Notes: a model not told the origin generated them from the sequence alone. Shown: positions 40,750 to 50,963, counted from the stretch's first letter. The stretch: DNA of 64,000 nt from an uncultured Methanomassiliicoccales archaeon (GCA_963695345.1 OY968769.1:1440001-1504000), one strand, 5' to 3'. Numbers and translations: made by a program.

Positions 40750-41214
40750 TCACAACTTCATTATCAGCCAGTTCTTTGGCGATGATTCCCTCCCCCTGAA
40801 CCTGACAATGGAATACCTTCCATTCAGCCTGCCACCTTTCAGTTCGACCACCACTTTGTCCTTATCACGATGCTCAAGATTGTATTCCCCCCGGTCCCAG
40901 ATCAATACCTTTCCCCCGCCATACTCTCCTTTGGGTATGTCGCCCTCGAAGTCCGCATATTCCAGAGGGTGGTCCTCGGTCTCCACCGCGAGGTGCTTTA
41001 TTCCCTTCTCTTCCGGCACTCCCTTCGGCACCGCCCAGCTCTTCAAAACCCCGTCGATGGACAGCCTGAAATCATAATGGAGATGCGAGGCATGATGTTC
41101 CTGGACGACAAATATCGGGCGTTCCGAGGCACCGCCCCCGGAAGGCTCGCCGGTCTTTGAAAAATCTCTTTTTGAACGATACTCGTCAAGCGATGAGGAC
41201 TGGTCCGGTGTCAT
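40750..41214 (-). CDS. Stand-alone LigD 3'-phosphoesterase (PE) domain
   Basis: YRSKRDFSKTGEP, FVVQEHHASHLHYDFRL, SWAVPKG and EDHPLEY...YGGG.V.IWDRG motifs. Confidence 0.92.
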   Translation of the reverse strand: MTPDQSSSLDEYRSKRDFSKTGEPSGGGASERPIFVVQEHHASHLHYDFRLSIDGVLKSWAVPKGVPEEKGIKHLAVETEDHPLEYADFEGDIPKGEYGGGKVLIWDRGEYNLEHRDKDKVVVELKGGRLNGRYSIVRFRGRESSPKNWLIMKL

Positions 41215-41391
41215 AGTTGCCTAACAATTCCCACCCATCCATATAATAACGCATCGTCTCGTCGGAATGAGATCTATCCGGCCTACATCTTTGTCCAATT
41301 CCTAGATTTGTAAGTAACATTGGCCGAAGTTCAACGGCAGTTATCCGGAACAGATGATGTGAAAAGGTTCCAGTCCATCTCACGGAAGATG

Positions 41392-44300
41392 TTAGGCCCT
41401 GCCCCTAGTAACCGACCTGATCATTTCGACCATATCCTGTATCAGATACGGTTTCTGGACCACCCCTGAAAAACCGAACTTCTTATGTTCGGCCATCACT
41501 GGATCATTTGAGTAACCCGACGAGACTATGACCACCGCCCCGGGATCGAGCTTCAGGAGCTCGACTATGGCCTCCTTACCGCCCATGCCACCGCGGATGG
41601 TCAGGTCCATGATCACAACGTCGAAGCCCTTGCCCTTGCGACCCGCCTCCATATAAAGGTCGATGGCAGCCCTGCCGTCTTTTGCCGTCTCCACAGTGAA
41701 ACCGTTCACCTCCAGCAGCTCCTTGCCCACTTCCAGGATCGATTCTTCGTCGTCCATCAGCAGAACCCTTATACCGGTGTTCGCTGGATTCATGGGGGTA
41801 TGTGCATCCGATTCCTCGATTTGAGCCGAGGGCAGTGTCATGATGAATGTCGTGCCCTGGCCTTCAGCGGTCTCCACATCGATCCAGCCTCCATGTCGAA
41901 TGGTTATCGAAAGGGCGGTGCTCAGTCCCAAGCCCTTCCCCACTCCCTTCGTTGAGAAGTAGGGATCGAATACTTTTGACAGGTTCTCTGTGGCAATTCC
42001 CGGTCCCTTGTCGGTTACCGACAATGTGACATATTTCCCTGATGGATGGCCGTTCTTGCTCTGTTCCATGGAGAAATTGGCTATTCTGACCAAGATCTCA
42101 CCCTGGGAGTCCATGGCCTCGCTGGCATTCCGAATCAGATTGCCCAATGCATGCATAATCTGGCCTTTGTCGATCTGGACCAGATCGACCTCCTGAGGAC
42201 TGACGACGTGGACGGTACTCGATGAACCCACGAGACCCGAATCGATCGCGTCTGTGACTAGGTCACGTATGTCCTGTATATTCTTGACCGGTTCTCCCCC
42301 TTTGGAGAATGTCAGCAGCTTATCTGCCAGCTTCTTGGCCCTGATGATCTCCGATTCCGTTTCGGCCAAACGGTTCATCAGAGGGTCGTTGTCCATCAGC
42401 TTCATCCTGACCAGTGTCACATTGCCTACTATGGACGTGAGGGCATTGTTGAACTCATGGGCTATCCCGCCCGCCAAGGTCCCCAACGATTCGAGCCTCT
42501 GACCGCGGAGCTTTTCCTGCTCCATTTGGATGCGTTCACTTATGTCCCTGCCCACGCTTTGTATCTCCAGCAGTTTTCCATCGGTATCGAAGATGCCACG
42601 GAATGTGGATTGTATCCAGCATATCTTGCCGTCTGCCCTCCTCAGATGGTATTCCCAGGTGTTGGTGGGTTTTTCTGGGGTCAAACCTGCTCCGATTTCC
42701 AGCAGGGCTTTCTTCTCATTTTCTGGGAAGTTCTCATCCAAGTTCTTTCCCACCAGCTCTTCCGTTCTTTTACCGAAGAAACGGCTGAAGGCCCCGTTGA
42801 CGAAAGTAATGGTGCCGTCCATTTGCAGCCTGGTAATCAGGTCGGTCTGGTCCTCGACCACCGAACGGTATTCCGCCTCCCTTTTCCTCAAGGCCTGTTC
42901 CATGAGGTCGTTTTCGGTTATGTCCCTAAATATCGCGAATGTACCGAGGTATTGCCCTTCTGGACCTCTTCTTGGTGTGGCGGTTACAAGGAGGGTCCTT
43001 CGAGCCCCGTCCTGCCTTACCAGGTTCCAGCGGTATGTGGAACGACCCTTCGCCTTTCCGATCTCATCCGCCAGAATCCTTCTTCCCTCATCATCGGTGA
43101 AACTCGTAACATTCAGATCGACCAGCTTACCCCTCTGAACTCCGAAGCACTCGTCCGCCGCCGGATTCGAGAAGGTGACCTTTCCCTTGTCGTCAACAAG
43201 GAGTATGCCTTCACCCTGGTTGTTGACCAGGTCTCGATACCTTTCCTCGGAGGCATGAAGGTCCCTTTCCGCCTCGTTCCTCCGATCGATCTCAGACTCC
43301 AGGACCTTGTTGATCTCCAACAGCTCACCGGTGCGTTTCTCGACGAGCTCTTCGAGGTTCTCGCGGTACTTTCTCAGATCTTCCTCAGTCTGTTTCCTCT
43401 CGGTGATATCGTGTCCAACTATCTGCACCTCACCAGCGTCGTTCTCGTTAGGTATTCCGCGCAATGTCCACTGGTGTATCCGTTCTCGTCCCTGGTTGTC
43501 TATTACAAAGAACTCACAGGTCATGACGTCGTTCGTGCCGATCAGCGATCCGACCTTCATAAGGTATCCAGCCCGGTCTTCTGGGCGTAGATTTAGTTGG
43601 GAACTGCCACCGACTACCTTGCCCGCCTCCTTGCCGAAATAGGTGCAGAACTGTCCATTGGCGAAGGTGATCTTCAGATCAGGGGCTATGCGGAATATCA
43701 GGTCGGTCTGGTCCTCCACCACCATCCGGTACCGGTCCTCGCTCTTGTGGATCTCGGCTTCCGAGCTCTGCAGGCTGTCCAGCATCTGGTTGATCGAGAC
43801 CGAGAGCGTAGAAAGCTCATCCCGGCCGTCAATTCTGACCCTCCTGTCGAAGGAGCGGCCGTCCCTGACCGCGGCCACATCCTCATCCAGCCTACGTACC
43901 CTTGAGGTGATGAACCGCTCGATGAAAAGGACCGATACGAGAGTGAACATCAACCCTACAATGATTAGTATGGTGTTCAGGTATCCCAGAGTGGTCTGGC
44001 CTTGGATATGGACGTCCCGGTACATCTCGGAACGTATCACCATGGAAGACTGTCCCGAAACATCCTTGACGGCGGAGTACACCGCCAGCGAGGAATCGTT
44101 CATGATCTCTACATGATTTTCTCCATTCATGATGCGGCTCAGGTCCTGATGGTCAAGTTCTGAATTGATCATCAGGTCATTTCCGGGTAGAATCGTGAAT
44201 TTTGAGCCAGTCAGGTTCTCAATGATCCCGATCTCTGAAGCATCCAAGTATCTGCCCATCATGAGCTGCCCGTGGCTGGGGCCCTCGGATTGGCTGGTGA

Positions 44301-44808
44301 GGATCGAATGGGTCGATATCATCAACGGCCTTCCATCGATCTCAATGATGCCGGTGACCCCGGTGATTCCGTCTGCGCTGCTGAGTAACGGGTCTCCGGG
44401 CACCAAACGGTCCAGGAACGCCTGCGGGGCGGGCACCTTAGAGTCCGTTTGGAGATCGAAGAAGGTCAGGTTCACTATTATATTGTTGATGTCGACGACC
44501 GCGAAAACATTGACCCTGAGATTCGTGAAAAAGCTACTGTCAAGGTCGTTGGTGGTAAATTCAGTGTTATGATCCACGGCGTATTGATAGGAGACGTCCC
44601 AGACCGCCCAATCGTACACATTCCTTTCCAACTGGCTCTCTTGGTTCTTTAGCGATGTGGTAATTCGCTGGATGTTATCGACGCAGTCCTTTTCCTCGAT
44701 ACTTGAGTATCCTTGGCTCAGGACAATGGAGGAGAATCCAGCCAAGACGATGACCATGGCCATCATGATCATTCCAATGACGTGGAACGTCTTGCTTCTG
44801 AGCTTCAT
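41392..44808 (-). CDS. Hybrid sensor histidine kinase: CHASE4-HAMP-3xPAS-HisKA-HATPase-REC
   Basis: DWAVWD (CHASE4), DELSTL (HAMP), three PAS/PAC ends (DITE/DISE), H-box GIAHEFNN, DPYFSTK...GLGL, and receiver LMDDE...MDLT...KPY. Confidence 0.9.
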   Translation of the reverse strand: MKLRSKTFHVIGMIMMAMVIVLAGFSSIVLSQGYSSIEEKDCVDNIQRITTSLKNQESQLERNVYDWAVWDVSYQYAVDHNTEFTTNDLDSSFFTNLRVNVFAVVDINNIIVNLTFFDLQTDSKVPAPQAFLDRLVPGDPLLSSADGITGVTGIIEIDGRPLMISTHSILTSQSEGPSHGQLMMGRYLDASEIGIIENLTGSKFTILPGNDLMINSELDHQDLSRIMNGENHVEIMNDSSLAVYSAVKDVSGQSSMVIRSEMYRDVHIQGQTTLGYLNTILIIVGLMFTLVSVLFIERFITSRVRRLDEDVAAVRDGRSFDRRVRIDGRDELSTLSVSINQMLDSLQSSEAEIHKSEDRYRMVVEDQTDLIFRIAPDLKITFANGQFCTYFGKEAGKVVGGSSQLNLRPEDRAGYLMKVGSLIGTNDVMTCEFFVIDNQGRERIHQWTLRGIPNENDAGEVQIVGHDITERKQTEEDLRKYRENLEELVEKRTGELLEINKVLESEIDRRNEAERDLHASEERYRDLVNNQGEGILLVDDKGKVTFSNPAADECFGVQRGKLVDLNVTSFTDDEGRRILADEIGKAKGRSTYRWNLVRQDGARRTLLVTATPRRGPEGQYLGTFAIFRDITENDLMEQALRKREAEYRSVVEDQTDLITRLQMDGTITFVNGAFSRFFGKRTEELVGKNLDENFPENEKKALLEIGAGLTPEKPTNTWEYHLRRADGKICWIQSTFRGIFDTDGKLLEIQSVGRDISERIQMEQEKLRGQRLESLGTLAGGIAHEFNNALTSIVGNVTLVRMKLMDNDPLMNRLAETESEIIRAKKLADKLLTFSKGGEPVKNIQDIRDLVTDAIDSGLVGSSSTVHVVSPQEVDLVQIDKGQIMHALGNLIRNASEAMDSQGEILVRIANFSMEQSKNGHPSGKYVTLSVTDKGPGIATENLSKVFDPYFSTKGVGKGLGLSTALSITIRHGGWIDVETAEGQGTTFIMTLPSAQIEESDAHTPMNPANTGIRVLLMDDEESILEVGKELLEVNGFTVETAKDGRAAIDLYMEAGRKGKGFDVVIMDLTIRGGMGGKEAIVELLKLDPGAVVIVSSGYSNDPVMAEHKKFGFSGVVQKPYLIQDMVEMIRSVTRGRA

Positions 44809-44919
44809 CCAATTTCCTCGCAAGCCATAGCCGTCGGCGTCTCACTATTCAGGCTTGGAGGGCTTTTCAGTGTATTTATCCACCGAGGGTTTGATTTCGC
44901 AATCCTGATAACCTGCCCA

Positions 44920-46470
44920 TCAGGTGCGCATCACGTTGGAGGTGAGGGAACGCCCGAACGCCTTCTCGAAGGCCTTTCCATCGGACTCGACGCCCCATAC
45001 TTCTAGCTGAACGTCCTCGTCGCTGTGTATGGCTATGACCACCGATGCTTTCTCCACAGCAACGAACTCCGCCTGTGAGACCAGGCCGGTGTGGCTTCGG
45101 TCCAGGCTCTCCGCCAGGCGCAGCAGCACCGAGAGAAGGATGACGACCTTCTGGGAATGCTCGTCCAGGTCTTCCAGGTCCGGGTCCTTCTTCCTCGGTA
45201 TCTTCTTGCGGTGGAACCTCGCCAGGTCCGCCATGATCGCGATCTCCCGCTGGTCGAACCCGAGCAATTCCGCGTTCCGGATGATGTAGTGGGAGTGCAA
45301 ATGGTGATTGTTGAACGATATGAAATCGCCGATGTCGTGCAGGAAGGCGGCGTAGCCCAGGAGTTCCCTCTCCCAATCCCCGAAGTTATGGAGCCCTTGC
45401 CTGAAACCGCTGTCGAACAATGACAGCGCCAGCCCCCTCACCCTTTGCGCATGCATCTCGTCCAGGTTGCAGGATCGCCCCAACTGCATGACGCTCCTTT
45501 CCCTCACCGACATCTGCTTGTATTCCTGGTCATCCCCTTGGGCCAGGTATTCCGCGAGAAGTCCGTCCCTGAGGCCTCGTTCGCTGATCGCCACCTCCTC
45601 CAGGCCGAACTCGTCCATGAGGGTCTCCAGGATGGCCCCGCCACCGATGATTATGTCCGCCCTCTCCGGGTTCATGCCGGGAACCTTCCTTCTCTCCTCG
45701 AGCGGAAGGGAGCAGAGCATTGTCATGATCCTTTTCAGCTGCGGACGGCGCAGGGTCATGTTCCTGGAATCGGTGTTGCCGTTGATCCGGTTCGCTATCT
45801 CGGCCAGGTTGATCGCCGTGCCGGAAGAGGCGACAGCGAAGCTCAGCTTCTCCTCCTTGACCCGATGCGTGGTCCTGATGACCGCGTTGCGGACATACTT
45901 CCGCATCTTGTTGTAGGCAACCACGGACACCGGGGTCTTGGCACCTTCCGGCAAGAACAGATTGGTGAGCCGTATAGCGCCCAGCTTCAGGCTGTCCAGA
46001 TAGCCGTAGTTCTCCTGGTCTCCGATGATGATCTCGGTGCTGCCGCCGCCTATGTCGATGAACAGCGCTTTGCGTCCCCTGATGTGCAGGCCGCTGGCCA
46101 CGCCAAGGTAGATGAGACGGGCCTCCTCCTTGCCGGAGATGACCGACACGTCGATCCTGGCCTCCTCCCTGAGGCGGTTCAGCAGGTCGAGCTGGTTCTT
46201 TGCCTCGCGGGCGGCCGATGTGGCCACCGCGATCACCTCTTCCGCCCCGTAGGCGCGGGATAGCTCAGCGAACTTCTTGACCACCATCACTCCGCGGTAT
46301 ATCGCCTCCGGAGTGAGCATCTGATCACGGAACTCGCCTTCGCCGAGACGCACGACCTCCTTCTCCTGGCTCAGGACGGTATAGGACCGGTTGGGATTGA
46401 CGCGAACCACCAGGAGCCTGACCGAATTGGTGCCTATGTCGATGAAACCCACTACCTTAGGCCCGTTCAT
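44920..46470 (-). CDS. ppx: Ppx/GppA exopolyphosphatase with C-terminal HD domain
   Basis: IDIGTNSVRL, ATSAAREA, DIGGGSTE, RADII, GLRDG and LHDIG...HHLHS motifs. Confidence 0.92.
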   Translation of the reverse strand: MNGPKVVGFIDIGTNSVRLLVVRVNPNRSYTVLSQEKEVVRLGEGEFRDQMLTPEAIYRGVMVVKKFAELSRAYGAEEVIAVATSAAREAKNQLDLLNRLREEARIDVSVISGKEEARLIYLGVASGLHIRGRKALFIDIGGGSTEIIIGDQENYGYLDSLKLGAIRLTNLFLPEGAKTPVSVVAYNKMRKYVRNAVIRTTHRVKEEKLSFAVASSGTAINLAEIANRINGNTDSRNMTLRRPQLKRIMTMLCSLPLEERRKVPGMNPERADIIIGGGAILETLMDEFGLEEVAISERGLRDGLLAEYLAQGDDQEYKQMSVRERSVMQLGRSCNLDEMHAQRVRGLALSLFDSGFRQGLHNFGDWERELLGYAAFLHDIGDFISFNNHHLHSHYIIRNAELLGFDQREIAIMADLARFHRKKIPRKKDPDLEDLDEHSQKVVILLSVLLRLAESLDRSHTGLVSQAEFVAVEKASVVIAIHSDEDVQLEVWGVESDGKAFEKAFGRSLTSNVMRT

Positions 46471-46471
46471 T

Positions 46472-47983
46472 TCAGTTCCACTCAAACGCGAGTTTCCTAT
46501 TGAATGTCTTCTCAAAAAGGTCCTTCTTTTCCCGTGCCTTCTGCAGCTCTCGGTCCGGGTAACCGATCGCTCCCAACCGGAGGATGGTCCTTTCCTTCCT
46601 CATAGTGCACTCGATCGATCTGACCAACGAGGAATGCGACACATCCAGGGCATCGGCTACTCGGAGCATAGAGGCCAGCCGGTCCACCACCTTCCTGTCG
46701 GCTGCGTTCAGACCCCGGTAAACGATGTGACTATCCTTCGGGAGGGCGCCCCGGTGATATCTGGCCACGCTGGCCACGATCGCTCTCTCCCTATCGTCGA
46801 ATGACAGCCGGTCCTCCTCCATGATCATCTCGAGCGAACTCTTGTGATGGTCCTTCTGTCCCTCCTTCCAGCCGATGTCATGCAATACACTGGCATATTC
46901 GAGAAGTTCCCTCTCCGCAGCTCCTAGTGAATGCAGGGGCTGGAGGCAGTCGAATAGCTGCAGCGAAAGGTCCGTTACATGAAGTGAGTGGTCCTCGTCG
47001 ATCCCGCAGCTCTTGATGATGGTCTTGACCTGTTCAAGTTTGGACATATCCCCCGAACTGGGAAGTGCCGGGACGGCATCCGGCATGATCGAGTTCAGCA
47101 GATCGGTGAAGAAGTCCTCCTCGATTAGCGATTCCCAGGTCCTGACGAAACTGTCATAGCCCCCGATCCGCGCCTCCATCCGGTCATGCAGAAGGGCGTC
47201 TAGGCCGGGATCGTTGCCCCCTCGTACGTTCAGCAGACCGATCCAAACGTCGCAGTCATGCAGTTCGCCCAGCCGGTCCTGCAGGTCCTTAATGACGGCG
47301 ATACGGCCCTGCAGCGTCTCGCCGTAGAGGTTCAAGAAAGCCTCCATGGTATAGCGCAGGCGCTTGGCGGCGATCCTCATCTGGTGCTGCCTTTCTTTGG
47401 CTTCAGGCTGATGGACGCAGTCCTTCAATGACAGCAATTCATCCAGCCGGAACGAGATATGGTGAAATGCCCTTTCCATGGTTCCAGGAGGAACTGAACA
47501 GCGTGGTGGCCGGCGGGCCTCCTCAAATGCCCGCCGCATATCCTCCAGTACCTCCTTCCGTTCCAGTCTTTCCAGGCCAGAAACGATTCTTGGCTGTGCG
47601 CTTGCCCTTCGGTCCTCCAGCTCGGTCATCAGAGCCCTCAGGGAGGGGTAATCCTCATGGGAACCGACAAACTCCTTCAGGAACGCAATCTGGACGTCGA
47701 GGTCCCTGGCTTCCCCCAGGTCCCTGGTCACCGAACGGACCGTCCGGTTCCATTTCCTGACCTCATCCGCATCAAAGCACTCGCCGAAAAGCCCCAGCGC
47801 TGACCTCAATCTCCGGGATGCCACCCGCATCCGGTGAACGAACTCGATGTCGTCCTCCCCCTTGACCCCTCGGATCTCTGAGGAGAGAGAGTCCAGCGAG
47901 GCGAGCAGACGTTCCGCGCCATACGCCCGGTAGTGCTCCATGCCCCTGATCATCATGGGCGGTTCGCCTTTAGGAGCCGCCAT
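46472..47983 (-). CDS. CHAD domain (polyphosphate-binding) fused to a Ppx-type HD domain
   Basis: VHRMRVASRRLRS, LGEARDLDV, HQMRIAAKRLRY and LQDRLGELHD (CHAD); LHDIG...HHKSS, RYHR and LRVADALDVSH (HD). Confidence 0.88.
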   Translation of the reverse strand: MAAPKGEPPMMIRGMEHYRAYGAERLLASLDSLSSEIRGVKGEDDIEFVHRMRVASRRLRSALGLFGECFDADEVRKWNRTVRSVTRDLGEARDLDVQIAFLKEFVGSHEDYPSLRALMTELEDRRASAQPRIVSGLERLERKEVLEDMRRAFEEARRPPRCSVPPGTMERAFHHISFRLDELLSLKDCVHQPEAKERQHQMRIAAKRLRYTMEAFLNLYGETLQGRIAVIKDLQDRLGELHDCDVWIGLLNVRGGNDPGLDALLHDRMEARIGGYDSFVRTWESLIEEDFFTDLLNSIMPDAVPALPSSGDMSKLEQVKTIIKSCGIDEDHSLHVTDLSLQLFDCLQPLHSLGAAERELLEYASVLHDIGWKEGQKDHHKSSLEMIMEEDRLSFDDRERAIVASVARYHRGALPKDSHIVYRGLNAADRKVVDRLASMLRVADALDVSHSSLVRSIECTMRKERTILRLGAIGYPDRELQKAREKKDLFEKTFNRKLAFEWN

Positions 47984-50123
47984 GCCACTTACCCCGGTGC
48001 TTGATCATCCACAGCTGTGAGTTCATCTTCTTCTCCCCATGCTCCAATTTTACCCGATGGTATGAGCCATCCGAGGAAAGGACCCAGGCTTTGACGTTGT
48101 CCGCCAGGTGCACTTCGAGGATGTCCTTGACTATGGCGTTCCTCAATTTCTTGTCCCCGACCGGGAACAGAACCTCGACCCGTTTCTGGAGGTTGCGGGG
48201 CATCATGTCCGAGGAGCCCATCAGCACCTCCTCATCCCCCCCGTTTTTGAAATAGAATATCCGGGAGTGTTCCAGGAAACGGCCCAGGATGGATGTGACC
48301 CGGATGTTCTCGCTGATCCCCTTGATCCCGGGGCGGAGGCAGCAGTGACCCCTTATGTTGAGGTCGATCTTGACCCCCGCCATCGAGGCCCGGTACAGCG
48401 CCTGGATGACCTCCTTGTCCACCAGTGCGTTCAGCTTCCAACCGATGTAGCCGTTGCCCTTCTCCTTGTGCCTTTCGATCTCCCTATCGATCCGGCGGAT
48501 GATCTCCCTCCGCATGGAGACCGGAGCGACCAGAAGCTTCCGGTAGTCGACCTTCTGCGAGTATCCGGTCAGTGAATTGAACAGGTCGGAGACGTCCGAA
48601 CCGATATCGTGGTCGGCCGTCATGTATCCGATATCCCCGTAGACCCGGGCGGTGTTGGCATTGTAATTGCCGGAACTGATGTGCGAATAACGCACGATGC
48701 CGCTCTTCTCCTTGCGTATGATCAGGCACAGCTTGGCATGGACCTTGAGGTCCGCCAGACCGTAGACGACATGCACTCCCTTGGTCTCCAGCGCCCGGGC
48801 CCATTCGATGTTGTTCTCCTCATCGAACCGGGCCTTGAGCTCCACCGTGGCCGCCACCGCCTTGCCGTTGTCCCGGGCGTCCATCAACGCCTCGATGATG
48901 GGAGAATGCCGGTCCACCCGGTAGAGGGTGATCTTGATCGCCAGCACCTCCGGGTCGACCGCCGCCTCCTTGAGCAGGTTCACCACCGGCACGAACGAGT
49001 CGTACGGATGGTACAGCACATAGTCATGGTCCCTGATGGCGGCGAATATGTTCTTCTCGTTCTGCAGCGCCGGCGGAACATAGGGCAGGAAGGGGATGTC
49101 CTTCAGGTCCTGGCGGGGCAGGCTCCACAGCTGCCACAGGTCAACGAAGCCCAATGGCGGCGGCGTCTGGTATACCAGGTAGGGCGGGAGGCCCAGCTTG
49201 CTGGCGAAAAGATCGCGGAGGTGCACCGGCATGGAACCGTCGACCTCCAATCTGGTCGGGGCGCCAACCCGGCGGCTCTCCACCCCTTCCTCTACAGCGG
49301 TGAGCAGGTCCTCCGCCTCGTCGAGCTCGATCTCGATGTCGGCGTCCCTGGTGATCCGGAAGGCATAGGATGTCTCCACCTTCATCCCCGGGAAGAGCAT
49401 GTCGAGGTTCGATGCCACCAGGTCCTCCAGGAACACGAAGTGGTTCCCCTTGCCGGACTTGTCGGTGTCGTCGTCAAACTCGACCAGGCGGGGGAACAGT
49501 CCGTTCGGCACCTTGACCCTGGCGTACTTCTCGCGTCCGTTCGCGTCCCGCACAACGACGGCGAGATTGATCGATAGGTTGGATATGAACGGGAACGGGT
49601 GGACCAGGTCCAGTGCCAGCGGGGTAAGGGTCGGGAAGATGACCTTCTCGAAATGTTCTCTCAGCTGGTCCCGTTCATCCTTCGTGAGTTCATCCATCCG
49701 GTGGATGTGGATACCGTTCTTTTTCAACCTGGGCAGGATGTCGTCCTGCCAGCATTTCAGGTGTTCGTCAAGGAGCGGCTTCAGTTCCTCGCGCAGGGTA
49801 AGGAGCTGTTCAAGCGGGGTCATTCCGTCCGGGGGCGGTTCCAACGCCCCCTTGTTCAATTGCCGTTTGAGCCCAGAGACCCTGATCATGAAGAACTCGT
49901 CGAGGTTGCTGCCGCAGATAGCCAGGAACTTCACCCTCTCAAGCAGTGGATGGGTGTGGTCCTTCGCCTCCTCAAGGACACGAGTGTCAAACCTCACCCA
50001 GCTTATCTCCCGGTTGATGAACAGATGGGGATCGTCCAGGATATTCTCCGCCCCTTCGCTGAGCGGGCTGCTGAGATCGATGACCACCTTCTTTTTCTGG
50101 GACTTCTTGGGCTTCTCTTTCAT
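47970..50123 (-). CDS. ppk1: Polyphosphate kinase 1
   Basis: INREISW, SNLDEFFMIRV, HPFPFISN, YHPYDSF, ELKARFDEENN, KVHAK and GRFLEHSR motifs. Confidence 0.95.
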   Translation of the reverse strand: MKEKPKKSQKKKVVIDLSSPLSEGAENILDDPHLFINREISWVRFDTRVLEEAKDHTHPLLERVKFLAICGSNLDEFFMIRVSGLKRQLNKGALEPPPDGMTPLEQLLTLREELKPLLDEHLKCWQDDILPRLKKNGIHIHRMDELTKDERDQLREHFEKVIFPTLTPLALDLVHPFPFISNLSINLAVVVRDANGREKYARVKVPNGLFPRLVEFDDDTDKSGKGNHFVFLEDLVASNLDMLFPGMKVETSYAFRITRDADIEIELDEAEDLLTAVEEGVESRRVGAPTRLEVDGSMPVHLRDLFASKLGLPPYLVYQTPPPLGFVDLWQLWSLPRQDLKDIPFLPYVPPALQNEKNIFAAIRDHDYVLYHPYDSFVPVVNLLKEAAVDPEVLAIKITLYRVDRHSPIIEALMDARDNGKAVAATVELKARFDEENNIEWARALETKGVHVVYGLADLKVHAKLCLIIRKEKSGIVRYSHISSGNYNANTARVYGDIGYMTADHDIGSDVSDLFNSLTGYSQKVDYRKLLVAPVSMRREIIRRIDREIERHKEKGNGYIGWKLNALVDKEVIQALYRASMAGVKIDLNIRGHCCLRPGIKGISENIRVTSILGRFLEHSRIFYFKNGGDEEVLMGSSDMMPRNLQKRVEVLFPVGDKKLRNAIVKDILEVHLADNVKAWVLSSDGSYHRVKLEHGEKKMNSQLWMIKHRGKWHGGS

Positions 50124-50260
50124 CTTAGCGGGTAAAGGCAAGCAATGCGTATTTATGTTGTCCATATAGAGAACGGTCAGGGTTCGAACGAGGCTCCGGT
50201 TGAACGGCGCCCCTCAATAAGCTTTTTGTACAAAGACCACGTTCGGTAAATTCCAGCTTT

Positions 50261-50347
50261 GGAGGGGTAGCCAAGCTTGGCCAACGGCGCTAGATTCAGG
50301 GTCTAGTCCCTAGCGGTCCAAGGGTTCAAATCCCTTCTCCTCCACCA
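50261..50347 (+). tRNA. tRNA-Leu(CAG), CCA encoded
   Basis: GGAGGGG/CTCCTCC acceptor stem, anticodon arm CTAGA-TTCAGGG-TCTAG, long variable arm, AAGGG-TTCAAAT-CCCTT T-arm, and an ACCA end. Confidence 0.93.
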
Positions 50348-50398
50348 TTCCTTTCTTCTGCAATATTACGCCTATGGATGTGTATTTCGGAGAATAAG

Positions 50399-50779
50399 TC
50401 ATAATTTTCCATATGCTCTTTTCCAACCCACCGCCTTTTCAATAAATGCTGAATATCCATAAGTCTGGATAAACTCGGTCGATTCCCGGTACTTGGTATA
50501 CTTCTGTCCATTCTTCCCCCAGAAGTTCGCAAGGATCTCGCAGCCATACTCTGGGCAATCAGCGCATGTCTCTAGCTTCCTGTTGATGAAGCAGCAAACC
50601 TTGATTTCACACTTCGCCCTAGTAATATCTCTCTTCCCATCTTGATAGCCTAATTTACATCCCTTACAATAACCGCTGGTGAATGGGGGGCAGGTCTTAC
50701 AATAGGCACCGCAACATCCGATGGTCCTGATCTCTCCATCAGAGCATGGATCGTCTGAAATCATAGCATTCACATTCAA
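50399..50779 (-). CDS. Cys-rich DUF3795-like protein
   Basis: GCCGAYCKTC, CKGC, CEIKVCC and TCADCPEYGC pattern. Confidence 0.8.
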   Translation of the reverse strand: MNVNAMISDDPCSDGEIRTIGCCGAYCKTCPPFTSGYCKGCKLGYQDGKRDITRAKCEIKVCCFINRKLETCADCPEYGCEILANFWGKNGQKYTKYRESTEFIQTYGYSAFIEKAVGWKRAYGKL

Positions 50780-50906
50780 ACTCTAATTGTATAGTGTGTA
50801 ACGCAATTTACTTTTCTCCACTTCCAATTCGTGAGTTCAAATTGAACGCATGTTTCATTCTACAAGACCAACAAATGCCATAAGTGCCCGCCGGCCGCCT
50901 GATCAG

Positions 50907-50963
50907 AGATTCAGGGTCTAGTCCCTCGCGGTCCAAGGGTTCAAATCCCTTCTCCTCCACCAT
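50907..50963 (+). repeat. Duplicated 3' half of tRNA-Leu (att-like site)
   Basis: AGATTCAGGGTCTAGTCCCT(C)GCGGTCCAAGGGTTCAAATCCCTTCTCCTCCACCAT matches the tRNA at 56 of 57 positions; the 5' half is absent. Confidence 0.9.

Larger units (their letters stand above)
50292..50963. mobile_element. tRNA-Leu-integrated mini-island or remnant bounded by att-like direct repeats
   Basis: 57-bp direct repeat (50292-50348 and 50907-50963, 1 mismatch); AT-richer interior with one ORF and no integrase. Confidence 0.75.

Noticed and set aside
50907-50963. Second tRNA-Leu gene or split-tRNA half
   Set aside because: It lacks the 5' acceptor strand and D-arm, and no complementary leader or BHB for trans-splicing was seen; an att duplication explains it better.
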